From Atractiella rhizophila (taxonomy: Eukaryota), in NCBI GenBank assembly GCA_021432655.1, contig MU271297.1, forward strand, positions 83,754 through 103,753: 20,000 bases of DNA, given 5' to 3'. The notes under the pieces were generated by a model, which saw nothing but the letters and a program-made list of their open reading frames with translations, was not told the origin of the DNA and searched no databases. This document shows positions 1 through 9,459 of the stretch, in pieces. How positions within the stretch are numbered: position 1 is the first letter of the stretch; each line of letters starts with the position of its first letter. The position numbers and the translations under genes were made by a program.

Positions 1-1470
1 GCATTTGTTCGTTAGCGACTAAAGCGTCTGTGGTAGAGGAGGGCGACGAACGCGAATTGTTTGGAACGTTTGAAGTCGTATGAGAGTGATTTGTGGACGA
101 GGTCGAGGTGCTCGTCGTGCCTTTGCATCGTTCAGTCGTTAGTCTTTAGTGTTTAGAGTGGAAGAGAAGAGAGGACGGACCAAAGAGGCCAGAAGAACGC
201 TCGCTTGTCTAAGACTGCGACCTCGTACGGATTTTTTAGCGCCAGTTCCTGTCCACATACACAAGCATAGTTGGTGACGGACGACAGTTAAGAATGAAGG
301 AAACGAACGTATGGTTTTGATACGCTGTGTGCGGCCTGTATGCAAACCAGGTGTTCAGAATTGAGAGGTGTCAAGTTTAGAGTGATGGAGAAACGAATTT
401 AAAGATGAGGAAGAAGGAGAGACGCACCCATAGGCCTTTATCAAAGGTTCGATAGCTTTGATACCACCTGCTGATGAATGGTGCCCACGGTTGGGCGAGA
501 ATGATGGCGTTGCATAGCCCAGAGGGTTCGACGAGGGATGGGTCTGGTTGGGCTTCGATTCCCATCACTACCGGAAGGTGGTAGAGGGGCGAGAAAGGGC
601 GGAGGACGAATACGTCTAGGTCTCTTCATGATATGTTTTCAGTATTCAGTCGACAAGGGAAGGATTGGCGTGGCGCACAGGTAAACTGGGAGGTGAGATG
701 TTAGAGGAATGAGAGGAAAGGACGGAGAGACTTACTGCCTCCATAATGCAATAAGGCCTCCAACCTTACGATATCCGCCTTGTGAGCCCAATGTTCTACC
801 GGTCTCCCCCAAATGGATGTGACGTCCACCACCCTCCTGACCTCCACCTTAGCCTCCTTCCCGCTCTCTCCGATCCACCTCTCCTCCAACACGCGGTCCC
901 ACCACCAATTCTCTCCCTTCTTCGGAGGGTTCATGGTCCAAAAGAACACTCTGTCAGGTTTGATGTGCGTGATGCCGGAGAGGAAGCAGAGGTAGTGGAC
1001 GAAGCCGAACGACTTCTCACGTGGCGGGGAGGTTGGCGAGGTGGAAGAGAGGAAGAATGAATAGTGGATGTATGGCGGGATGAGTCTGTTCGCCTGTATC
1101 GACCAGTTCGCATGCAGCGGCGCACTCGCTGCATTCTCCAGCTCTGGCGTCAAAGATAATGAGGAAGGAGAGAAGTCCTCGACGGGCAGAGGGATGACCG
1201 CGTCCACATCGCTGCCGTACCAGTTGTATCCCTCGGCGGGCCGTACGAGGTGGTTGGGCGGCACGAGGAAGGGGACGTTGGAGGGGCTGCTGCTCGAGAG
1301 CGACGGCGGGGAGGAGCGTCGGCCCCAGAGGTAGCCGATGAGGAAGGGGGGAGCAGCCACGCGAGCAGCCGGAGCAGCGACGCACGCCGGGAGAAGGGAC
1401 GCGAGGGGCCGTACACGGGCGAGGTGGACGTGGATAGGGGGCGGATGGAGAAGCGTGGTAGTGTGCGCAT
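1..1470 (-). CDS. Glycosyltransferase family 32 (DxD sugar-binding, Och1/Sur1-like fold) type II membrane protein; 3' end lies outside the window; apparent 1-nt frameshift near the N-terminus
   Basis: Spliced exons 1470-736, 685-679, 623-428, 335-309, 248-181 and 120-52 give IPPYIHY...HKADIVRLEALLHYGGIYLDLDVFVLRPF...GLCNAIILAQPWAPFISRWYQSY...HSVSKPY...AFFWPLW. These are GT32-type motifs. All introns are GT-AG. The ATG at 1470 joins the main frame only across the C6 run at 1346-1351. Confidence 0.88.
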
Positions 1471-1573
1471 CTTCGCACTTTTCATCGCGACGAGACAAGA
1501 CGTGGAGGGCAGAGGGTATTACATAATCCACAATGCAGAAACTGTATGGTCACGTGATAAGCATGAAAGAATG

Positions 1574-2988
1574 TCAGTCGTCTTCCTCATCCGTCATTTC
1601 ATCCTCAAACGCCATCCCTCCCTCTCTCTTCCTCCACCGCCATCCATCGCTCTTTGGCCCACTCTTCTAGGGATAAGTATTGAGCTCCATCCCCTCTCTC
1701 TAGCAACCAAACATCCCAATTTCCATGAAATGTGGAATAATTGCAGATGGAAGGAGACGCACGGAGTGAGATTGAAGAACTCCCGCAGGTTCTCCACTCC
1801 TCCGAAATCATACGGATTCCGATACACCTCCCCTCGTGCCCTCATCACTTTCGTGTAGTACTCATTGTCGTAGCTCTCAACGGTAGTTTGTCCTCCCCAC
1901 ACCAGAGCAAACTATCTTTCCATCAGCTTCTTCTTTCCACCAAAAGACATAGGGGAGACGGGAGAAAGAGAAAGACAGGAGGACGAACCTGCCACACCCC
2001 CATCACGCCCGCACACAGCGCCATCGCGGCGGCGAGGACCCAGCTGAGGAGGACGGCGAAACGAGGGGTGAGGTGGTCCCACGATTTGGTGTAGCTGATC
2101 GCGTCCATGAGAGCGCTCCAACCGGAGACGCAGTAGACGAGGCAGGCGGTGGGGAAGTAGAGGAGGAAGAGGAGGAAGTAGCGTTCGTTGTGTAGACCGA
2201 CGCAGGATGAGAGCCACGGACAGTGGTGGTCGTACCTGTCCACACAACCCACACATTAAGTGTGTTCTGAGATTGCATGTTAGAGAGAGAGAACACACTT
2301 GAGGATGCAGGTACCGCATATTCTGGGACGTTTCGCATTAGAGATTGGAAGGATTAGAGTGTGGGATGGGGGACGGACCGACAGTGATGTGCTCGAGCTG
2401 GTTTGAGGTTGGCAGTTTCTGGGCATTTTCGACAACGGCGAGGGGCATCGTTGAGAGAGATAGCGGATGAAGGAGGGGAGGTAGATGGTGTGCCTGGTGG
2501 TGTAGTTACCGCCTGGTAGTATGTCCATAGGAACCTTTATGAACCAGTGTCAGTTTGCCATCAGCATACATGAAAGGGAGCGTACATGTAGGTGAGATAT
2601 AAGGAGAAAAGGAGGAATAAAAAATGGGAGAGGGGAGAAGAAGGGAAGACGGAGGGAAGGATGACTTCATCTGTTCGGATTCATCCTCTCACTCCTTCAT
2701 TCTCACGCTGGGCAGAAGGATCGCGACGCACAGTACGAGATGATGGCTGTAAGAAACAGCAGCAGAGCGAGAGACACGAATACGGGCCTGTCATTTCAGT
2801 TTAATTCATCAACACCTGAGGATATAGAGGGAACGCACCCAACTGCCTTTGTGAATCGGTAGCTGAATCGCTCAAATGACCTGTGCTCCCGTCAGTCACC
2901 CTCAGACTGTGGTATCTGTCGAGGGAAATTACCGGAAACAAGAGAACACGCATCCGCTTGCCCTCTTCAGAAGCGTTGAGAAAACCAT
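1574..2988 (-). CDS. DHHC (zf-DHHC) protein S-palmitoyltransferase, 9 exons; apparent 1-nt frameshift near the C-terminus
   Basis: Spliced product [24 protein letters not shown]...[11 protein letters not shown]...[47 protein letters not shown]...GQTTVE...NPYDFG. DHHC is at about 2220-2231, with a TTxE motif and four hydrophobic segments. The acidic tail ending EMTDEEDD* at 1574 requires one extra G at 1658-1660; as written the gene stops at 1594. Confidence 0.93.
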
Positions 2989-3080
2989 TGTCTAAATCCT
3001 TCGACTATGGTTACGTTGCGCGTGCGTGTTAATTCGGCCGCCATCACGTGAGTAAAATTTGGAAGATTTTGGTGTGCGAG
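2989..3080. promoter_or_regulatory. Very short (92 bp) divergent intergenic region, probably a bidirectional promoter, containing a palindromic TCACGTGA E-box
   Basis: The DHHC ATG (2988, -) and Rcm1 ATG (3081, +) are head to head. TCACGTGA is at 3044-3051, followed by an AAAATTT tract. Confidence 0.6.
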
Positions 3081-4831
3081 ATGGACTTTTACCAGCATTG
3101 CGCTGAAGTCCTGTGCCAGTTGAGAAAGGAGGAGAATACGTCTTCTTTGCGCTCGTTGTGCTATTCTTCCGTCTCTTCCATCCCGCAACATCAGCAGAAA
3201 AGGGTTTACAAAGTCGTCTCTGAGACGCTCAAATGTACTGCTTCCCCTACCTTTTTTTGATTGTTATTGAGGTTCTCATTGAGCGCAGACACGGATGCAA
3301 TCGATGCTATAGTCAAGAAATCTCAGATCCTCAAGACCGAAAAAATCCCACCACTTCCAAAAGGCTCAACCAGCTTTGAAGGCAAAGACATCCTTCATGT
3401 GCTCGTCTATCAGCTCCTCTTCTCTCAGCAGGAGAGAGTAGAGATCTCCAATCTCAAGGGATTAAAAGAGGGGAATAAGTGGCTGACGCTGCTCTCCAGA
3501 AATTTGACACGGTACTTTCTGTCACCTGTCCCTGTTGAGTTTGTTGGCTGATCAAGAGAGCGGCTGTAGGCTGAAGTCAGAATTGTCGCGGGAGAAGTTA
3601 CGACGAGGGGTCACCTCTTCAGCATCCTTGCGCTCGGATNNNNNNNNNNNNNNNNNNNNNNNNNNNNNNNNNNNNNNNNNNNNNNNNNNNNNNNNNNNNN
3701 NNNNNNNNNNNNNNNNNNNNNNNNNNNNNNNNNNNNNNNNNNNNNNNNNNNNNNNNNNNNNNNNNNNNNNNNNNNNNNNNNNNNNNNNNNNNNNNNNNNN
3801 NNNNNNNNNNNNNNNNNNNNNNNNNNNNNNNNNNNNNNNNTGGCTCCTGTATGCCGGCTCATGCCCTCTTTCCTTCACCTCCAGTAGAAGAGATGGAGGT
3901 GTTGGATTGCTGTGCCGCTCCCGGGAACAAGACATCTCACCTTGCTGCTATTCTAGGAAATAAGGGGAAAGTACATGCTTTCGAGAGGGATGAAAAAAGG
4001 TTTCAAGTGCTGAAATCGATGTGGGAAAGCCGGGCAAAAAGTAGGTGATCACTTCTCTTTCTTCGCTCGCTCATGCTTCGTTCAAAAGACATTCAGTTTT
4101 ACAACCGTGATTTCCTATCTGTCGATCCGACAGAGTTCAAAAACGTAACACACATCCTATGCGATCCCTCTTGCTGTTTGTCTTCCTCCTCCACTATTTT
4201 ACGTCCCACATTAACGCTGTTCCTCCAAATAATACAGCAGGCTCGGGGATGGTGACACAACACGCAGGAACCTCCATCTCTTCCCTCCCACGCGACCCCA
4301 AGCGCCCTCTCCTCACTCTCAAATTTCCAACTACAAATCCTCTCACACGCGCTACGCTTCCCCTCAGCGATGCGCGTCACCTATTCAACGTGCTCGGTCT
4401 GGGGAGAAGAGAACGAAGAGGTCGTTTGGCGGGCACTTCAGAAGGAGGATATTAGACGCAGAGGATGGACCCTCGCAAAGAGAGAAACGGTCATACCCAC
4501 CTGGGAGAGGAGAGGAGATCCAGAAGTGTTGTCAAGGATTGGAGCGGGAGTAGAGGAGGCGGAGGCGAAGGAATATTGTCAGGGTATGGTGCGGTGTAAT
4601 CCGTTTCTGGATGTTTGTAATGCCGGCTTCTTCCTTGCTTGTTTCGAGAGAATAGTGGTAGAGGATGAGGCTGATGATGCTGGAGTGAGGGAGAAGAAGA
4701 GGAAGCGTCTTGAGGAAGATTATGGCGGAGGGGATGAAGTCGATGAGGAGAAGTTGGATGGGGAAGGGGAAAGAAAAAAGAAGAAGAAGAAGAAGGGCAA
4801 GACGAAATCAAATGGCATTTCACATCCTTAA
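3081..4831 (+). CDS. RCM1: NOL1/NOP2/Sun-family 25S rRNA cytosine-C5 methyltransferase (Rcm1/NSUN5-like); contains an assembly gap and one apparent frameshift
   Basis: N-terminus MDFY...VSETLKY. SAM-binding VLDCCAAPGNKTSHLA. Motif IV ILCDPSC|SGSG across the intron at 4176-4237. FQLQILSHALRFP. Motif VI VTYSTCSVWGEENEEVV. GFFLACFER followed by a Lys-rich tail. The frame changes at about 4305-4307. Confidence 0.9.
3640..3840. other. Assembly gap (201 N) inside the Rcm1-like gene
   Basis: Run of N in the sequence. It falls where the family's PRY/VRVN...LQDKASC segment is expected. Confidence 0.99.
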
Positions 4832-4995
4832 AGTCTAACTCATTCGTTGGATCCTCAGAAAATATGAACAAGCTAACGCGTTTCCTCCCTCCTTTAAGCC
4901 TTAAACGGAAGCACCGAAGTATGTGCTACCTGTTGGAGTGGTCACCTCGTTCATGTTATTATGACAACCGAACTTTCCACTGGCACATGTTACAT

Positions 4996-6481
4996 TCAAT
5001 CCACAATCCCCCAAATCCGTTCCAGCAGCACTCTCACAATCTCCTTCGAACCAGGTGTCTTACACAGGACATTGACTCCTCTGCCAGTATGAGCTGTAAG
5101 CTCCTCTCCAGTCGCCTGCTTCGACTCATCATTGTATGATCGATTTTTCAGTATTTCCCCTTCATTTTTGACGGATGCTCGTCTGTCAATTACGCACATT
5201 CCTCTGGTTAACTCTCCAGTCCTGTGATTTGGATTTATTGAGGACGCACGAGAATGAAAGTCAAGGAAGCACTGACCGTTCAATATCCAAGTATCGCGTC
5301 TCTACAGCCCATTGCGAGGAAGAGTCCATCAATGCTGCTGTCCATACTACGCAAGGATCATGAAGCTTTGAGGATGCTCTCATTAAATTTTGTTTCCCTC
5401 TGGAAGAATGAACGAAGGGAGTAAGGACAGACCTCCATACCCTCTCCTCCTAGGAGTGTCATCACCTCCTTCAGTCTTTCAAGAACCGCTACCCAAAATC
5501 TACTTAATCTTGTTCTCTGAGTCGCCACCTTCTGTTCAAACAGCTGGAATGGTAGGGCATGACTGGCTGTCGTATCGAGAGAGACAAGTAGTAGGTCCAC
5601 TGTTTTCTCACCCGCATCCGCCGCCGGGAGAGATTTAGACCAGTCAAATACTTCTTTTGCAGCGAATGGATCCGCGAATACGTTGAATTCAGCAACTGGA
5701 GAAGTGTTTCCGGGGACGTCGAGAGCGCCACCCATAATCAAGATCTTGGACGCTTTCCTCAATGAGGAAGAGGAGTCGGCGCGGATAGTACGTGCGAGGT
5801 TCGTGAGAGGCCCAAGATATATAAAGGTGAGAGTATTAGGTGGATGGGTAGAGAGGAGGTGTATCTTGAGCTCTGGGACAGAGAGTGGGGTCGAACGAAA
5901 ATAGCGCGAGTGGAGGCTTGCAATTTCAGAGGAAGACGAGAAGCTTGGAGGCGTCAAATCTGGAAAACGGGTCGTGATGTCTGATAATCCATCCCTGCGC
6001 GCAAATTTAGTACTTAATGCACAGAAAAACGAAGGAGGTACTCTACCGCCCGTGAAAGTATTCAGCTTTGTGTTTAGGACCCTCGACGGGTTGCTCTGCT
6101 CCTTTCACTAAGAAAGGCCGTATTCCACGCCCCGCTTCCTCATCATCGACTGTTATGAAGTTGCAGAAACGCTCTCTATCTGAGGGATTCTCTTGCAAGT
6201 GAATTTCAATGTTGTAATATAATTTAAGGACGTTGAGATACTCTGACGAGACATCGGAGTTGCCAAAGCAAAGCGTGAGTGCTAAAATCTCAAATTCGGG
6301 AGAGCAAAGCGCGAGACAGATAGCCAGTACATCGTCTACTCCTGTCATTTCCACATCAGTTTTGAACAAACGCTTGGAGAATACCAACCTGGATCGCAGT
6401 CAACTGCAAAGTGGGATCATGAGCTGATTTCTATGCCAGATAAAAGGAGACTCAGCTGATTATCTTCTTGCGATCCTGCAT
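4996..6481 (-). CDS. Inosine/uridine-preferring nucleoside hydrolase (Urh1-like family), 6 exons
   Basis: Spliced MQDRKKIIIDCDPGVDDVLA (DxDxxxDD Ca-binding motif), LTLCFGN, YFHGRDGL, LGPLTNLA, IMGGALDVPGNTSPVAEFNVFADPFAA, SLDTT, LHDP and GELTRGMCVIDRR. Stop TGA at 4996. Exon 1 needs a GC-type donor at 6456. Confidence 0.93.
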
Positions 6482-6673
6482 GCCTTATCATCACCTGTTC
6501 TGCCTTATCGCCAATCCAAAACCAAACCTGTCGACCTGGCAAATTGAAATGTTGGACGGTGGAACTACAGGAAGACTAAGATCGAAGTGTTGAGTCGTGT
6601 TTCCAAAAAACATCACGCAACTTCTTTGGGGCATTGGTCGAGAAAGAGCAGCTAGGACAGGGAAAAGAGCATA

Positions 6674-8070
6674 ATGGCACCACAGTTCACAGGTAACAAG
6701 CATAGCGAGTCTGCTGCAGCTCGAGTATTGGGCAGTGGGACGTCAGGTGAGTATTACTTGCGCTGAAAATGGGTCTCCCCTCAATTTGCTTTCTTTCATG
6801 ATGAAGGTGTGGCCGAGCTCATGCTCTTTCATCCCGTTGATACAATTGCGAAACGGTTGATGAGCAATCGTGGCAAGGTAAATTGTGCAACCGTTTGAGT
6901 TCGGAATGTCTGGAGCTGAAGCTACGTGTTGCAAAGGTGTCAAGTGTTGGGCTCGGCACTGTTATCTTCCGTGATAAAGCGTCAGCATCTGCGGGAACAA
7001 AGTTCCTCTCGCTCTTTCCTGGGCTCGGTTATGCGGCGGGTTATAAGGTACTCCAGCGGATATACAAGTGCATCTTTTCCTCTTCTTTGGAGAAAAGTTG
7101 ACGAGTGCGCAAAGATTTGGTGGTCAGCCATACTTTAACGACTTCCTTTCGTCCAACTACAAATCAACGTTCGTTAACCTATTTGGAGAGAAGAATGGCA
7201 AGGCTATGTGCCATGCTGCAGCCGGAAGGTGCGTTCCTCATTCCCTGCCCTCTCGTCGGGATATTGATGCGGTTCGGTAGTTTGACCGGGGTCGGAGAGA
7301 TCATTCTTCTCCCTCTTGACGTGCTAAAGATTAAGCGACAGTATGTCTTTCTTGTCTGCTCAGCCCAGTTGTGGAGGAAAACGGAAAAATAGAACAAATC
7401 CGGAAGCGTTCAAAGGACGTGGAGTCATCACTCTTGTTAGGGAAGAGAACTTTAAGCTTTATCGAGGATGGGGATGGACGGCGGCTCGTAATGCACCGGG
7501 TAGCTTTGCTGTTAGTATTTCCAAGTTATTACCCACCGATATGAGGAGTTCTCACGTCGCTTGCTTAGCTTTTCGGAGCGTCAGCTTTCACAAAGGAATA
7601 CGCCTTTGGATTGACGGATTATCGAAAGGCAACATGGACCCAAAATTTTATTTCTTCAATCGCTGGATCCGTAAGCTTTTGCTCCCTTCCGAGTTCAATT
7701 CTTAGAAGCTTTTGGGTGCCGTTTGCAGGTCGCTTCCATCGTCATCTCGCAACCTCTAGATGTCATTAAGGTACCATGCTTATATTTTCCCTTTAATCAC
7801 TGTGCTGATTCGGATATTAGACACGGATACAAAACCAAAACTTCGAGTCTAAAGTTGGTGGATTGACCATTTGCAAAGATCTTATCAGGGAAGAAGGCTT
7901 TCGTGGCTTTTTCAAAGGTTGCACGCCTAAGGTCCGTTTTGAATTGCTCTGTCCCTGTTTCCCACGGCTCATCATTCTGTGAATTATAGGTCCTCGTTGT
8001 TGGCCCCAAGCTCATCTTCTCCTTTACACTCGCACAGAGTCTCATTCCCTTGTTCGCGAACTATGTCTAG
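6674..8070 (+). CDS. GGC1: Mitochondrial carrier family GTP/GDP transporter, 10 exons
   Basis: Spliced ESAAARVLGSGTSGVAELMLFHPVDTIAKRLMSN...LFPGLGYAAGYKVLQRIYKFGGQP...LPLDVLKIKRQTNPEAFKGRG...YRGWGWTAARNAPGSFALFG...QPLDVIKTRIQ...KGCTPKVLVVGPKLIFSFTLAQSLIP. It has three Px[DE]xx[KR] carrier repeats and Ggc1/Yhm1-typical peptides. All nine introns are GT-AG and the frame is intact. Confidence 0.97.
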
Positions 8071-8475
8071 AGTGGACTCTAGATTTAGAAAACTTGCCAT
8101 AGATCCCTCTATCCCTCCCCCTGGTAGAAAAGTACATTTGTCTCGCTACGTTTTAAAATTTCGATAGGAACGCCGTCGTCCTATGCCGTTAGGCTTGAGC
8201 TGTTTTGGACTATGCAGTACTTATATACCTTACACTTAAAGCTCCACTCTGGCAATGTATTTATGCTATTCACGCATCGCAAGGTGTACACTGTGAACTT
8301 GAAAAGTCTGAAGGCTGATACAGTTGAGGTAATAAAGCTGAGGGATCGAGTAAGAAGCTGGCTAGTTTAACTTGTATTTGAACTGAGGTAAGATTTTCCA
8401 ACTTCTCTGTAGAGATGGGGCATCCCACCATTTGATCCACAAACGCAGGCGATACGCAGCTTGATCAGACATTGT

Positions 8476-9377
8476 TCATTCTTCAAACCGATTCATCAAT
8501 GGATTCCTTCCGCCTGAGTTAGTAGGATCATCTTAAAAATGACCAGTGAGCAGACGTACTCTAATACCCTAGTCCCAAAGTAAGCCGTAACATGACTCCA
8601 AGGCTTCAACTGTTTCTCCATAGCGAGAGCATCGTATAACTTCCTGCTCCACCCTTCCCTCGGCCAAGCTCTCACGATCTCTTCGACAGTCTGGATGTGC
8701 AACAGATTGCCGTATTCCGCTAGACCCACGTTGTCTGTCACCGTTCCCAGCTGGATGAGCTGCCCATAGACTACAATCTGCACGAAGCGCGCAACTCAGT
8801 GCTATTGAGAGTGGGTGGAAGGAACCATACACTCCCAGGTCCAAATTCCGTATGTCGACAGATTGTTTCCGCGACCAAATCAGCCACATCAAGAGTTGCT
8901 CCTTGCTCGAGTAACCAGTCCCGAGCGAGAAAAGCGCCAAAGTATTCGAAGCTCATTTTAGTCCTGTCCCTCCGCATCATCATCCAGACACAAAGAGCTA
9001 GGGAAGAAGGACGGACGCTTTGCGGTTCGACGGTGTACAACCGAGGTCGTGGAAGAGGCAGGAGAGGTAAAAGGTCTCTGGATCCCACCTCCATTCGGGG
9101 AATTGGATCTCTGCAATCGCTGCAGCTGCGCTCACAATACAATTTAGTGGTTAACAAAGAAGCTATTAGGGCACGAACCAAGATAAAATGACCTTTGGGA
9201 GTGATTGTAAACTTCGACCGGCAGCTGAGCCTTCAAGTATTCTTCTGCGCGTTTGACCAGCGATGAGGAGGCGAAGGTGGAGGCGTATTTTGAAGCCAGA
9301 TGGTTGTATGTGAGAGGTGCCGGATAGGGTGTTGCTGGAGATAGGGAAGAGAGGGACAGAGGGACGGTTTGACACAT
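8476..9377 (-). CDS. Cyanamide hydratase family HD-domain metalloprotein (Cah/Ddi2-Ddi3-like), 5 exons
   Basis: Spliced QTVPLS...VYNHSQRSFYL...FPEWRWDPETFYLSCLFHDLG...TKMSFEYFGA...VAETICRH...GQLIQLGTVTDNVG...WPREGWS...EKQLKPWSHVT...VLENPLMNRFEE*. The H...HD...D metal ligands are present. The last intron must use the AAG acceptor rather than the CAG immediately after CTAAC. The start could alternatively be at 9429 (see findings). Confidence 0.9.
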
Positions 9378-9453
9378 TCTTATTGCTCCTTACTTTTTCG
9401 GGTTGATATCCAAATCGCTCTACAGTCATAAACTGGAGCATTACTACGAAAGC

Positions 9454-9459
9454 TTTATA
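9454..9459 (-). promoter_or_regulatory. TATA box (TATAAA) of the cyanamide hydratase-like gene
   Basis: The minus strand reads ATATAAAG about 77 nt upstream of the ATG at 9377. Confidence 0.55.

Noticed and set aside
1471..1531. ORF-track N-terminus MDYVIPSALHVLSRR... for the GT32 gene
   Set aside because: It gives no convincing membrane anchor and starts only about 40 bp from the DHHC stop. The ATG at 1470 with a one-base correction gives a typical type II topology. It is not formally excluded.
1250..1858. 202-aa plus-strand ORF and other antisense ORFs over the GT32 and DHHC genes
   Set aside because: They are shadow frames of GC-rich coding sequence with no recognisable motifs.
4771..4800. 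(AAG)n-like purine repeat
   Set aside because: It encodes the poly-Lys nuclear/nucleolar tail of Rcm1 and is not an independent repeat element.
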